This document shows, one piece after another, positions 15,875 through 24,972 of a stretch of 64,000 nt of DNA. Made by a program: the position numbers and the translations under genes. The notes beneath the pieces were generated by a model. The model made no database searches, was not told the DNA's origin, and saw only the letters and a list, made by a program, of their open reading frames with translations. Each line of letters starts with the position of its first letter. The stretch's first letter is position 1. Source of the stretch: an uncultured Pseudomonadota bacterium (GTDB lineage: Bacteria > Desulfobacterota > Syntrophorhabdia > Syntrophorhabdales > CAYQXL01); assembly GCA_964421445.1 (NCBI GenBank), contig CAYQXL010000001.1, forward strand, positions 1,981 to 65,980. The letters run 5' to 3'.

Positions 15875-18066
15875 CCGCACCCTTTCCTCAGACACACGGT
15901 CTTTCTCCGGTACAGGAAAAGAGTCGGAGCACCGCACACTTCGCAGGGACCTCCGGTGGGTTGGGTATTTGTGGAGAATGTGCACTCAGGATACCGGGAG
16001 CAACTGATGAACCGTTTTTTCTTTTTCGACGTCCGCTCCACGAGTTTTCCCGTACATCCTTCCTCGGGACAGGGAAAACCGATCGAGAATGCCTCCGTGT
16101 GCTTGCATGCAGGGTAGTTATTGCAGGCCAGGAACCGACCGAAACGTCCGTTTCTCTCGACGAGGGTGCCGCCACATTGTGGGCAGAGCCCTCTCGCTTC
16201 TTCTTCTACAACGGTGATCTGTCCTTTTGAGTCGATCTTGACATTCTTTTTGTTTGTACAGGCAGGCTTTCCGCTACAGAAGATATACTCTCCGTTTCGG
16301 CTCCACCGCATGAGCATCTTTTTGCCGCATTTTTCGCAGACGATGTCTGTCTCTTTCTCTTCCCTTTTCAGATCCTTCATGAGAACCTTGGCGTTCTTCA
16401 ACTCTTCGCCGAAGGCGTTGTTGAAGGCAACGAGCGATTTTACCCAGCTTTTTTTCCCGTCCTCGATCAGGTCGAGCCGTTCTTCCATCTTTGCCGTAAA
16501 GTCAATGTCGACGATAAGGGGAAAGGAATCCTTCATGAGCCCGTTGACCGTAACGCCCAGGGACGTTGGCACGAGACGTCCCCCGTCCTTCTTTGCATAG
16601 CTTCTGTCCTGAATGGTGCTTACTATGGTGGCGTAGGTCGATGGCCGTCCGATTCCCTTGTTTTCGAGGGTCCGAATGAGGGATGCTTCGTTGAACCTGG
16701 GAGGCGGCATGGTGAAACGCTGGTTGAGAATCGTCTCAACGAGGGAGAGAATATCCCCCTCCCTGACGTCGGGAAGGATTTCCAGCATGTCGTCTTCATC
16801 GCTTCCTTCTTCGTAGATCCGGGTGAAACCGTCGAAGAGAATCCTCTTTCCCTTGGCGATAAACGTATAGTCGCCTGCTTCGATATCGGCCGACTTGGTC
16901 TCAATCCGCTGGCGAACCATCTGGGAAGCAAGAAACCTTTTCCAGATGAGATCATAGAGGAGATAGAGATCTTTTTCGAGATAGGGCTTGAGCTTTTCGG
17001 GAGTCAGGTCAACGTAGGCGGGACGGATGGCTTCGTGGGCGTCCTGCGCCGACTTCTTGTTTTTGAAATGGTTCGGTGTCCGGGGAAGATAGGACTTTCC
17101 GAAATGTTCTTCAACATAGTGGCGGGCGCTCTCGATCGCTTCGTCCGAGACCCGGACCGAGTCGGTACGCATATAGGTGATCAGACCGGTGAGCCCTTCG
17201 TCGCCGATCTCGACGCCTTCGTAGAGTTTCTGGGCAACCATCATCGTTTTTTTGGGCGAAAACTTCAGCTTTCTCGAAGCTTCCTGCTGAAGGCGGCTTG
17301 TGATAAAGGCCGGCTGAGGCTGGACCTGCTTTTCCTTCGTCTCGATAGTGACGACAGTGAACGGGAGGCTCGACAACTCTTGTTTAATCGCCTCGGCGGA
17401 CTGGTTGTTCGGAATCCGCAGCTTAACCTTCCCCTTCTTTTCGAGCGTTCCCCGGATCAGTTGACCTGAAGGTAACGCAAGGTTGGCATCGATAGTCCAG
17501 TATTCTTCTTTTTCGAATTTGTCGATCTCCTCTTCCCGGTCGCATACGAGCCGGAGTGCAACCGACTGGACCCGTCCTGCAGAGAGGCCGTACTTAACCT
17601 TCTCCCAGAGCAGGGGGCTGATCTGATACCCCACGAGCCGGTCGAGGATTCTCCGGGCCTTCTGGGCTTCGTATTTTGCCATATCGAGATCGGTCGGGGA
17701 TTCGATAGCGTCGAGGACTCCTTTTTTGGTGATCTCGTGAAAGAGAACCCTCTTGATCTCCTTTTTTGCTCCAATCTCTTCGGCAACGTGGAACGCTATC
17801 GCTTCTCCTTCCCGGTCAGGGTCGGACCCGATGAAGATCTTCTTTACCCTCGATGCTGATTTGCGGAGGTCGTCGACTGTCTTCTCCTTGCCCTTGATAA
17901 CAACAAAATCAGGGGTGAAGTCTTCGTCTACGTTGACCCCCAGTTTGCTTTTGGGGAGATCCTTTATATGGCCATTTGTGGCGCGGATGATGAAGTCATC
18001 GCCCACAAATTTTGAGAGCGTCCGCATCTTCGTAGGTGATTCAACAACAAGCAACGATTTACCCAT
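15859..18066 (-). CDS. topA: DNA topoisomerase I
   Basis: Toprim N-terminus (LLVVESPTKMRTL), active-site region (ITYMRTDS), and C-terminal CxxC zinc-ribbon repeats. Confidence 0.95.
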   Translation of the reverse strand: MGKSLLVVESPTKMRTLSKFVGDDFIIRATNGHIKDLPKSKLGVNVDEDFTPDFVVIKGKEKTVDDLRKSASRVKKIFIGSDPDREGEAIAFHVAEEIGAKKEIKRVLFHEITKKGVLDAIESPTDLDMAKYEAQKARRILDRLVGYQISPLLWEKVKYGLSAGRVQSVALRLVCDREEEIDKFEKEEYWTIDANLALPSGQLIRGTLEKKGKVKLRIPNNQSAEAIKQELSSLPFTVVTIETKEKQVQPQPAFITSRLQQEASRKLKFSPKKTMMVAQKLYEGVEIGDEGLTGLITYMRTDSVRVSDEAIESARHYVEEHFGKSYLPRTPNHFKNKKSAQDAHEAIRPAYVDLTPEKLKPYLEKDLYLLYDLIWKRFLASQMVRQRIETKSADIEAGDYTFIAKGKRILFDGFTRIYEEGSDEDDMLEILPDVREGDILSLVETILNQRFTMPPPRFNEASLIRTLENKGIGRPSTYATIVSTIQDRSYAKKDGGRLVPTSLGVTVNGLMKDSFPLIVDIDFTAKMEERLDLIEDGKKSWVKSLVAFNNAFGEELKNAKVLMKDLKREEKETDIVCEKCGKKMLMRWSRNGEYIFCSGKPACTNKKNVKIDSKGQITVVEEEARGLCPQCGGTLVERNGRFGRFLACNNYPACKHTEAFSIGFPCPEEGCTGKLVERTSKKKKRFISCSRYPECTFSTNTQPTGGPCEVCGAPTLFLYRRKTVCLRKGCGWKSK

Positions 18067-18098
18067 TCACTTCTCTCCTGCAGAATCTAGTATTATAT

Positions 18099-19169
18099 CT
18101 ATTTTTTCACAAAAAGTCCGCCAGGAAACCGGCCTACTCGTCCTTTCATCTCAAGACGGGTCAAAAGTACCATCACATGCTTTGCCTCAAGTCCTGTCGT
18201 ATCGATGATCCTGTCCACATGTATCGTTTCGCCGCCCATGGCATCGTAGAGCGCCTGTTCTTCACCGTCGAGGGAGTCGGCTTTCCTGTCCGTTACAACG
18301 GTGAAAGAGGGAAAGCAGGTCGTTATGATCTCACCGGCATTGTCGATCAGTTTTGCCCCTTCCTTGATCAACCGGTTTGTCCCCCTGAAGCTATCGGAGT
18401 AAACGTTTCCCGGGACGGCCATAACTTCCCGGCCGTATTCTGCGCCGAGGCGTGCTGTGATCAGGGAGCCGCTCTTTTCCGTCGCTTCCACCACGAGAAT
18501 ACCCCTGCTGAGACCGGCTATGATTCTGTTTCTCTCGGGGAAATGGTACGGAAGAGGGGGGTCACCTGGAGGATATTCGGTGACGATGGCCCCTTCGGCC
18601 TGAATCTGTTCAAAGAGACGGCGATTTTCCGAAGGATAACAGATGTCGATGCCGCAGCCGAGGACGGCGATGGTTCTCCCTTTCTCCCGCACGGCCCCCT
18701 TGTGGGCGGCTGTGTCTATTCCCCGCGCCATGCCGCTGACGACGGTGATCCCTGCGAAGGAGAGGGTCTCACTGATCTTTTCAGCGAGGCTGAGTCCTTC
18801 GTAGGTCGCTTTCCGGGAGCCGACAATGGCTATGGCCGGTCCGTTCAGGGGCAGCTCTCCCCGGACATACAGAACGAGAGGAGGGTCGGGCAGGGGCCTG
18901 AGGGACGGAGGAAAATCATCATCGTCGATAGTAACGATGCGGACCGATCTCTTTTCCAGGGTCTCGATCTCTCTTTCCAGCGCATCCCGGGATGGGAAGT
19001 CCTGTGGAACATCCCACCACAGACCGCCGGAAGGTCTTATATCGGAGATATTCGGCAGCGTGTCCGTGTACTGGGTGTAGATCTCGTACTTCCGTCGCCG
19101 GGACAGGTTTGATGATCGTGAGAGGGCGATCAGGGAGAGTCTGTCTTCCATGGGATCATCTGTCTCCAA
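18099..19169 (-). CDS. dprA: DNA-processing protein DprA (Smf)
   Basis: IAIVGSRKAT...VVSGMARGIDTAAHKGA...VLGCGID, followed by a C-terminal winged-helix-like tail. Confidence 0.9.
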   Translation of the reverse strand: METDDPMEDRLSLIALSRSSNLSRRRKYEIYTQYTDTLPNISDIRPSGGLWWDVPQDFPSRDALEREIETLEKRSVRIVTIDDDDFPPSLRPLPDPPLVLYVRGELPLNGPAIAIVGSRKATYEGLSLAEKISETLSFAGITVVSGMARGIDTAAHKGAVREKGRTIAVLGCGIDICYPSENRRLFEQIQAEGAIVTEYPPGDPPLPYHFPERNRIIAGLSRGILVVEATEKSGSLITARLGAEYGREVMAVPGNVYSDSFRGTNRLIKEGAKLIDNAGEIITTCFPSFTVVTDRKADSLDGEEQALYDAMGGETIHVDRIIDTTGLEAKHVMVLLTRLEMKGRVGRFPGGLFVKK

Positions 19170-19811
19170 TCACTTTTTGTCACCCTTGCCACCGGTGATC
19201 GAGTCACTGTAGTATGCGGCTATGGAGGCTATTTCACGGAACAGAACGGCCCGTGAGGTTCCGTCTTTCCACCAGCCCGTCTGATGAAAATATGTTACGG
19301 CAACAGGTTTTATCATGTATGCCACTTTGCCGTCCTCCTGTCCTGAGCCAAAAAGGAGATGAAAACGGCGGGATGCATAGTCGGGAACGACAACGATCAC
19401 CTTTTTGAAACCGGCCGCAGTGAACTGCTCCCGAACCCTGGCGGTCATGGCTCGTCTGTCCGCCGGGAGGGAGACGGCCCGTATCACCGCATCCTTCACC
19501 CCTCTGTTCCTGGCGAGTTTCTGCACAAACTCGGTGATGCTTGTTCCGAGGATCTTGTCGTCTTCTATCCAGATGGCCCGGGCATTTCCCCTGCCGTACT
19601 CGCGGAATGCCTCGTCGAAGAGTTCGCCCTGCCTGTCCTCAGGAAACCTGGGAATGTAGACCGCATCGGCGGAGAAGACCTTGTCTTCGTACCGGAACTG
19701 ATTCCCTATGAACTTCAGCGATAAGGGGTGCATCATCAGGCCGGCAATCACCATGCAGAAAGCCACGAGAAAGACCAGACAGCCGCAACCCGACTTTCCC
19801 GCTTTTCCCAT
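19170..19811 (-). CDS. Membrane-anchored DUF218/YdcF-like protein
   Basis: The start is set at MGKAGKSG (Met71 of the track ORF), because the extension overlaps rsmE. There is one TM segment. KKVIVVVPDYASRRFHLLF resembles the VTSxYHMxRA block of the family. Confidence 0.45.
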   Translation of the reverse strand: MGKAGKSGCGCLVFLVAFCMVIAGLMMHPLSLKFIGNQFRYEDKVFSADAVYIPRFPEDRQGELFDEAFREYGRGNARAIWIEDDKILGTSITEFVQKLARNRGVKDAVIRAVSLPADRRAMTARVREQFTAAGFKKVIVVVPDYASRRFHLLFGSGQEDGKVAYMIKPVAVTYFHQTGWWKDGTSRAVLFREIASIAAYYSDSITGGKGDKK

Positions 19812-19887
19812 TACCGCTCGTCCTTCCGGGGCGGCACGTCTTCTTCCTGATGTGCGCTGGTTTCTGGCCGGCTTTCCTGTCAAGATG

Positions 19888-20625
19888 TCACTTTTTCCCG
19901 TATTCGTAGAGAATGATTGACAAAATAACAAGAGGAGCCGTTTCAGTCCTGAAGATGTGTTCTCCCAGCGTACAGGGCAGAAATCCGTTTTCTTCCAGCC
20001 ACTGGATCTCACCAGGTTCAATTCCCCCTTCAGGGCCTATGACAACGCAGATGCCCCCTTCCTTCTGATGGGGTATCACCGTATCGATCCGGCGGATCTT
20101 CTCTTTTTCATGGAGAACCCACCGGTTCTCCGGAGAACCGATGAGGGGAAGGATCGCCCGGAGCGGTGCAGGTTCGGCAACGTCGGGAATAGTAAAGCGG
20201 CCGCTCTGTCGTGATGCCTCGATCGTGATCCGCCGCCACCGTTCAAGTTTGGTTTTGTCCTTTTCCTCGACCTTGACGACAGTCCGCTTGAAGAGTGTCG
20301 GAATGATCCGTTCGACACCCAGTTCGGTCGCCTTTTCAATGAGCCAGTCCATCCGGGGCCCTTTGATTGGGCTAACACAGAGCGTTACCTTCGAGTGTTT
20401 TTCCTCGGGGTGATGGACGACGTCGAGAACCTGAACGTAAATCTCCTTGGCCTTTATGCTGCCGATCGTGCAGCGGTAGAGGTATCCCTTGCCGTCAATC
20501 AGGTCTATGCGGTCTCCAGGTCCCTTTCTCAGCACCTGGGCGAGATACCGGTGCATGGGACCCGTCAGGATGGCCATGCCGTTTTTCATTTTGAGTTTAT
20601 CCACAAAGATGCGTCGCACTTCCAT
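19888..20625 (-). CDS. rsmE: 16S rRNA (uracil1498-N3)-methyltransferase RsmE
   Basis: N-terminus MEVRRIFVD...HRYLAQVLR (PUA-like). C-terminus VVIGPEGGIEPGEI...LGEHIFRTETA (SPOUT knot). Confidence 0.85.
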   Translation of the reverse strand: MEVRRIFVDKLKMKNGMAILTGPMHRYLAQVLRKGPGDRIDLIDGKGYLYRCTIGSIKAKEIYVQVLDVVHHPEEKHSKVTLCVSPIKGPRMDWLIEKATELGVERIIPTLFKRTVVKVEEKDKTKLERWRRITIEASRQSGRFTIPDVAEPAPLRAILPLIGSPENRWVLHEKEKIRRIDTVIPHQKEGGICVVIGPEGGIEPGEIQWLEENGFLPCTLGEHIFRTETAPLVILSIILYEYGKK

Positions 20626-20627
20626 GG

Positions 20628-21596
20628 TTATCCTTCCGGGGGCTTATAGAATTTTGATTCGTACAGCCGATGGTATTCGGTCCACCGTTCGTTTTCCATA
20701 TTTTCGATCATGTATTCCTCCACCCCCGTGACTTTTGCGTCAAGGTTGTCGAGACAATGAATCGCTATTGCTTCCACACACATTGGCTTGCGGGGCGATC
20801 CCCATTCCTCTGTTCCATGGTGACTCAGGATAATATGCGTGAGAAGGGTGGCCAACTCGTCAGGGAACGACGCCATCTCCCTTCTGATGTCATCAAAGAT
20901 CATCACACCCAGGGTGATGTGACCGAGGAGACGGCCCCTGTCAGAGTACTTGAAGCCTCCCCTGAAATGTATTTCCTCCGTTTTTCCTATGTCGTGCAAC
21001 AGACTGCCGGTTATGATTATATCAGAATTTCCGCCGTATATACCAATCACCCTCTCAGCCATGAGGGCCACGTTGAGGGAATGTTCCGCAAGACCTCCGA
21101 TGGAGAAGTGATGGATACCGATCGATGCGGGGACCGTGAAAAACCGGTCCATAAGAGTCTTCCGCTCCTGAAACCTAACGAAAAACTCCTGGAGAAAAGG
21201 GTTGGTGATTCGCCCCACCGTGTCGAGAAGTCGTGCTTCCAGCTCTTGTCTGCCGTATCTGCTCTGCCGGTAAAACTTCCCTAGGGTTTCGGCCGAATCA
21301 TCGAGCTCGGGCTTTTCGATCCGCTCCACTTTGAGCTGTGCCTTCCCCTGAAAGAAGGTCCGTTTTCCTGTAACCTGAATGATATCGCCTTTTTCAAAGA
21401 GAGGGCCGTATTTGTCGACAAGGTCTTCTTCCCAGAGCCGTGCTTCGATTGTTCCTGTTCTGTCGCGGAGAAGGAGGGACATGAACCGCTGATCTGTTTT
21501 GGTGAGCGAGATGCTTTTCGAGCCGACCATGAAGCAATCTTCGATATAACCGCTCGCCGAGCCGGCGATGTCCTTCACGTACGTCCTGGGGTTCAC
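20628..21596 (-). CDS. OB-fold + HD-domain 3'-5' exoribonuclease, YhaM-like
   Basis: The N-terminal OB fold reads RFMSLLLRDRTGTIEARLWE. HD motifs are GGLAEHSL, LLHDIGK and SHHG. Confidence 0.75.
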   Translation of the reverse strand: MNPRTYVKDIAGSASGYIEDCFMVGSKSISLTKTDQRFMSLLLRDRTGTIEARLWEEDLVDKYGPLFEKGDIIQVTGKRTFFQGKAQLKVERIEKPELDDSAETLGKFYRQSRYGRQELEARLLDTVGRITNPFLQEFFVRFQERKTLMDRFFTVPASIGIHHFSIGGLAEHSLNVALMAERVIGIYGGNSDIIITGSLLHDIGKTEEIHFRGGFKYSDRGRLLGHITLGVMIFDDIRREMASFPDELATLLTHIILSHHGTEEWGSPRKPMCVEAIAIHCLDNLDAKVTGVEEYMIENMENERWTEYHRLYESKFYKPPEG

Positions 21597-22555
21597 CGGT
21601 CTTCTCCGAAGTGTTCGTATCCTTTTCTGGCAACGGTGATGCGCTTTCCCTGCCGGTAGACCTTTACACCCCTGCCGCCGGAGACTTCTCCGATGACGGA
21701 GATCCTTAATCCCTGCCGGACCATCGATTCGACAGCGGCGAAACGTGTCTGGGGGAAGGTGAAGAGGAGTTGATAGTCTTCGCCGCCTGAGAGTGCAAGG
21801 TCGAGCCGTCCTGCTTTCTTCAGTTCCTCCGGCACAGGAACGCGGTCAATGTCGATGCGGGCCCCTGTGTGGCTCTCCTTCATCATCCGCTCCAGGTCTA
21901 TGAGGAGACCATCGCTGACATCCATCATTCCGTTCGGGATAGATCGTTCGACCAACTCTTTCCATTCCTCGAGAGGAGGCCTCGGACTGGTGTGGCGGTC
22001 GATGAACGGCTTCAGGACCCCTGTCTTCACCCCTTTCTGAAGGAGTTCGAGCCCGTAGGCACTTTCGCCCAGAACGCCGGTAACAGCTATGAGATCGCCT
22101 TTCCGGGCCTTTTCACGGCCATAGTATTTCCTGTTCCGAAGATGTCCTGTCATCGATACATCGACAAAGAAGCCTGTTTTTGATTCGACCGTATCGCCGC
22201 CCAGGAGGGAGACGCCGAACTCCCGGGCCGCCTGGTCCATACCCTTGTAGAAATCACGGATCCGGCGATACGAGAGATCTTTGGTAAGGCCGATGGTGAC
22301 GAGATAGTAGAGGGGATCGGCGCCCATGGAAAGAATATCGGAGATGTTGACGTAGAGGGCTTTGCGACCGAGGGCTGTAAGGGATGTGCCGGCGAAGGTG
22401 AAATGGACGTTCTCGACCATGGCGTCCTGGGTGAAGACGTACCATTCCGACCCCATCTCGACGACGGCACAATCGTCACCTATGCCCCGGATGATCCTGT
22501 TGCCGTGACCGGCAAAGGGGTGGAGCCGCTGAATGAGTTGGTTTTCTCTGATCAT
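21593..22555 (-). CDS. thiL: Thiamine-monophosphate kinase
   Basis: GIGDDCAVV, AIR-synthase-like fold motifs (GGDT, MDVSDGL). It overlaps the downstream gene by 4 nt. Confidence 0.85.
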   Translation of the reverse strand: MIRENQLIQRLHPFAGHGNRIIRGIGDDCAVVEMGSEWYVFTQDAMVENVHFTFAGTSLTALGRKALYVNISDILSMGADPLYYLVTIGLTKDLSYRRIRDFYKGMDQAAREFGVSLLGGDTVESKTGFFVDVSMTGHLRNRKYYGREKARKGDLIAVTGVLGESAYGLELLQKGVKTGVLKPFIDRHTSPRPPLEEWKELVERSIPNGMMDVSDGLLIDLERMMKESHTGARIDIDRVPVPEELKKAGRLDLALSGGEDYQLLFTFPQTRFAAVESMVRQGLRISVIGEVSGGRGVKVYRQGKRITVARKGYEHFGEDR

Positions 22556-22685
22556 ATCGAATTGTCGGAAGATAATAGCAGTTTGGTGTACCCTTTTTCA
22601 ATCTTGTAATTTTTTTCTGTCCGGTCTACTATGCTTCTCATGGCATGAAGTGAATGGTTACCTATACTCATGAAGGGGGAGTACA

Positions 22686-23402
22686 ATGAGAATCTGGATC
22701 ATCATCTTTTCCGTCCTCATTATGGCATGTATGGTTGCACCGGCCCAGGGCGGTGTCGCCGAATCACGGGAATTTATGAAAAACATCCACTGGCTTGGCC
22801 ATGATACGTTCAGAATAACAGCGGGAAACACGACCGTCTACGTCGATCCGTTCCGCATAAAAGCCGACCGGCCCCAGCCGAAAGCCGACATTATCGTCAT
22901 TACCCATGACCACCACGATCACTGTTCTGTCGAGGATGTTGCGAAGATAGTCAGGAGCGATACGATCATTGTCAGCACCCCGTCTTGTGCGGCGAAGCTG
23001 ACGGGTACCGTCAAAACGGCGAGGAGAGGCGATGTTACGGAGGCCCGGGGGGTCAGAATCGAAGCTGTTCCTGCGTACAATATAGACAAGCGTTACCACC
23101 CGAAGGATGCTGACGGTGTGGGATATATTCTCACGATTCAGGGAAAACGGCTCTATTTTGCCGGCGATACGGACCATATCCCGGAAATGAAGGATCTGAA
23201 GAATATTGCCATCGCCTTTCTTCCCGTCTCAGGGACATATGTCATGACCGAAACGGAAGCGGCCGACAGCGCCCTTGACATAAAACCTGATATTGCTGTT
23301 CCCATACACTGGGGTGTTATCATTGGGACCAGGATGAATGCTGAACTCTTTGCCGAAAGACTGAAAGGCAAAGTCGAGGTCATCATCATGAGAGAGGAGT
23401 AG
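22686..23402 (+). CDS. Secreted MBL-fold metallo-hydrolase
   Basis: It has a signal peptide (ending APAQG) and the motif IVITHDHHDH, then ...FAGDTDH... Confidence 0.75.
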   Translation: MRIWIIIFSVLIMACMVAPAQGGVAESREFMKNIHWLGHDTFRITAGNTTVYVDPFRIKADRPQPKADIIVITHDHHDHCSVEDVAKIVRSDTIIVSTPSCAAKLTGTVKTARRGDVTEARGVRIEAVPAYNIDKRYHPKDADGVGYILTIQGKRLYFAGDTDHIPEMKDLKNIAIAFLPVSGTYVMTETEAADSALDIKPDIAVPIHWGVIIGTRMNAELFAERLKGKVEVIIMREE

Positions 23403-23444
23403 GTACAACGGCGACTTCGGTCAGCGGAGGACCGGGGTGGCTGG

Positions 23445-24758
23445 TCACGATCGTTGTCGTGTTACCTGGCGGACAGTGTCCATGAATTGCCTCAGGCGCC
23501 GTTCGTATCCCCTGTCTGTGGGTCTGTAGTATCCTGTGCCTTTCATCTCGTCGGGGAGATATTCCTGCTCGACGATGCCGTTTTCGAAGTCATGGGGGTA
23601 GAGGTAGTCTTTTCCGTATCCCAGGTCGGCCATCAACTGGGTCGGAGCGTTTCTGAGGTGAAGGGGAACGGGGTAGGCAGGCAGGTGGCGGACATCACTG
23701 GAGACCTTGCCGTAGGCCCTGTATATGGCGTTGCTTTTCTCCGCCAGGGCCAGGTAAACGGCAGCCTGGGCTATGGCGAGAAATCCCTCGGGAGGCCCGA
23801 GAAATCTGAAGGCCTCTGTTGCGGCGACCGTCAGACCGAGGGCCGCCGGATCGGCATTTCCTATATCTTCTGACGCAAATCTGACCATTCTTCTGAGAAT
23901 ATAGAGAGGGTCTTCACCGTTTTCGATCATCCTGGCCAGCCAGTACAGAGAGGCGTCAGGATCCGATCCTCTCATGCTTTTGTGAAAGGCGCTGATGAAA
24001 TCGTAATGGTATTCGCCTTTTTTGTCATAGGTAGCTATGTTTCTCTGAAAAGCTTCCTTCAGAACGGTGTGATCGATCGTTGTTTTTCCCTCGCTGTCGA
24101 CTGCGGCAACTGTCGATGCTATCTCGAGAAGGTTGAGGGCATGGCGGGCATCGCCGTTGGCAAGGAGAGCAAGTTCTGCCATCGTTTCTTCGGACATGGT
24201 GAATTGCCTCTTTTTCAGCACCTCATCGTCTGAAAGAGCCCTTTTGACGATCTTTACCATATCCCCGGAAGAGAGGGGGTTTAACGTGATGACTTTCATC
24301 CGTGACAGGAGGGGGGAGATAATCTCAAAGGAAGGATTTTCCGTTGTTGCGCCGATCAGCGTGATTGTTCCGTTCTCCACGTGAGGAAGAAAACTGTCCT
24401 GCTGGAGCTTGTTGAACCGGTGGAATTCATCGACAAAGAGAATGATCCGCTGAAGCCTCGCTTTATGAAAAACCTCCTTCACCTCCTTCATGCCGATCGT
24501 GACAGCGCTGAGGGAGACGAAGGGGAGGTTCATCTCCCGGCCGATGAGCCAGCCGATCGTTGTCTTTCCCACGCCGCTTGGTCCCCAGAGTATAAGGGAG
24601 GGGATCTCCTTCTTTTCGACGAGTATGCGGAGGAGCTTTCCTTCCCCCAGGATCTGGTCCTGACCGACCACATCAGCGAGGCTTCGGGGTCGTATCCGGT
24701 CGGCGAGCGGGCTCCTCGGTTGTGAGGCTGTCTTCAGTGGTGTATCAAAGAGGTCCAT
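23445..24758 (-). CDS. rarA: Replication-associated recombination protein A (MgsA/RarA AAA+ ATPase)
   Basis: Walker A LILWGPSGVGKTT, Walker B ILFVDEFHRFNK, and a C-terminal MgsA domain (YDFISAFHKSMRGSDPDASLYW). Confidence 0.9.
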   Translation of the reverse strand: MDLFDTPLKTASQPRSPLADRIRPRSLADVVGQDQILGEGKLLRILVEKKEIPSLILWGPSGVGKTTIGWLIGREMNLPFVSLSAVTIGMKEVKEVFHKARLQRIILFVDEFHRFNKLQQDSFLPHVENGTITLIGATTENPSFEIISPLLSRMKVITLNPLSSGDMVKIVKRALSDDEVLKKRQFTMSEETMAELALLANGDARHALNLLEIASTVAAVDSEGKTTIDHTVLKEAFQRNIATYDKKGEYHYDFISAFHKSMRGSDPDASLYWLARMIENGEDPLYILRRMVRFASEDIGNADPAALGLTVAATEAFRFLGPPEGFLAIAQAAVYLALAEKSNAIYRAYGKVSSDVRHLPAYPVPLHLRNAPTQLMADLGYGKDYLYPHDFENGIVEQEYLPDEMKGTGYYRPTDRGYERRLRQFMDTVRQVTRQRS

Positions 24759-24905
24759 GACCGGTCTTCATCGTATCAGCAAATGATGGTCTATTTCAAG
24801 TCGGTGACCGGATGCGGCTGCCGGTCCTATTGTAACCCGGTCCATGGGTCCCTCCTTAAGCGGACAGACGAAGCCCGGGCATCATCTTCTACTTGTGACC
24901 TCACC

Positions 24906-24934
24906 TTGTGAAGGGAGAATGGGGAGGCTATAAT
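24906..24934 (+). promoter_or_regulatory. sigma70-type promoter candidate for the cooS-family gene
   Basis: TTGTGA (24906..24911), a 17-nt spacer, then TATAAT (24929..24934). AAGGAGG precedes ATG 24973. Confidence 0.45.
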
Positions 24935-24972
24935 GAAGTAAAAACCGAAGGGAAGTGTAAGGAGGGGTTATC

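Noticed and set aside
18036-19112. Long antisense ORFs opposite dprA (18036..19112 +), the A2M gene (33005..33973 +), lepA (37179..38084 +), the cooS-family gene (25387..26064 -) and the yhaM-like gene (20670..21284 +)
   Set aside because: Each lies opposite a gene with strong family motifs. They are GC-rich shadow frames without start signals.
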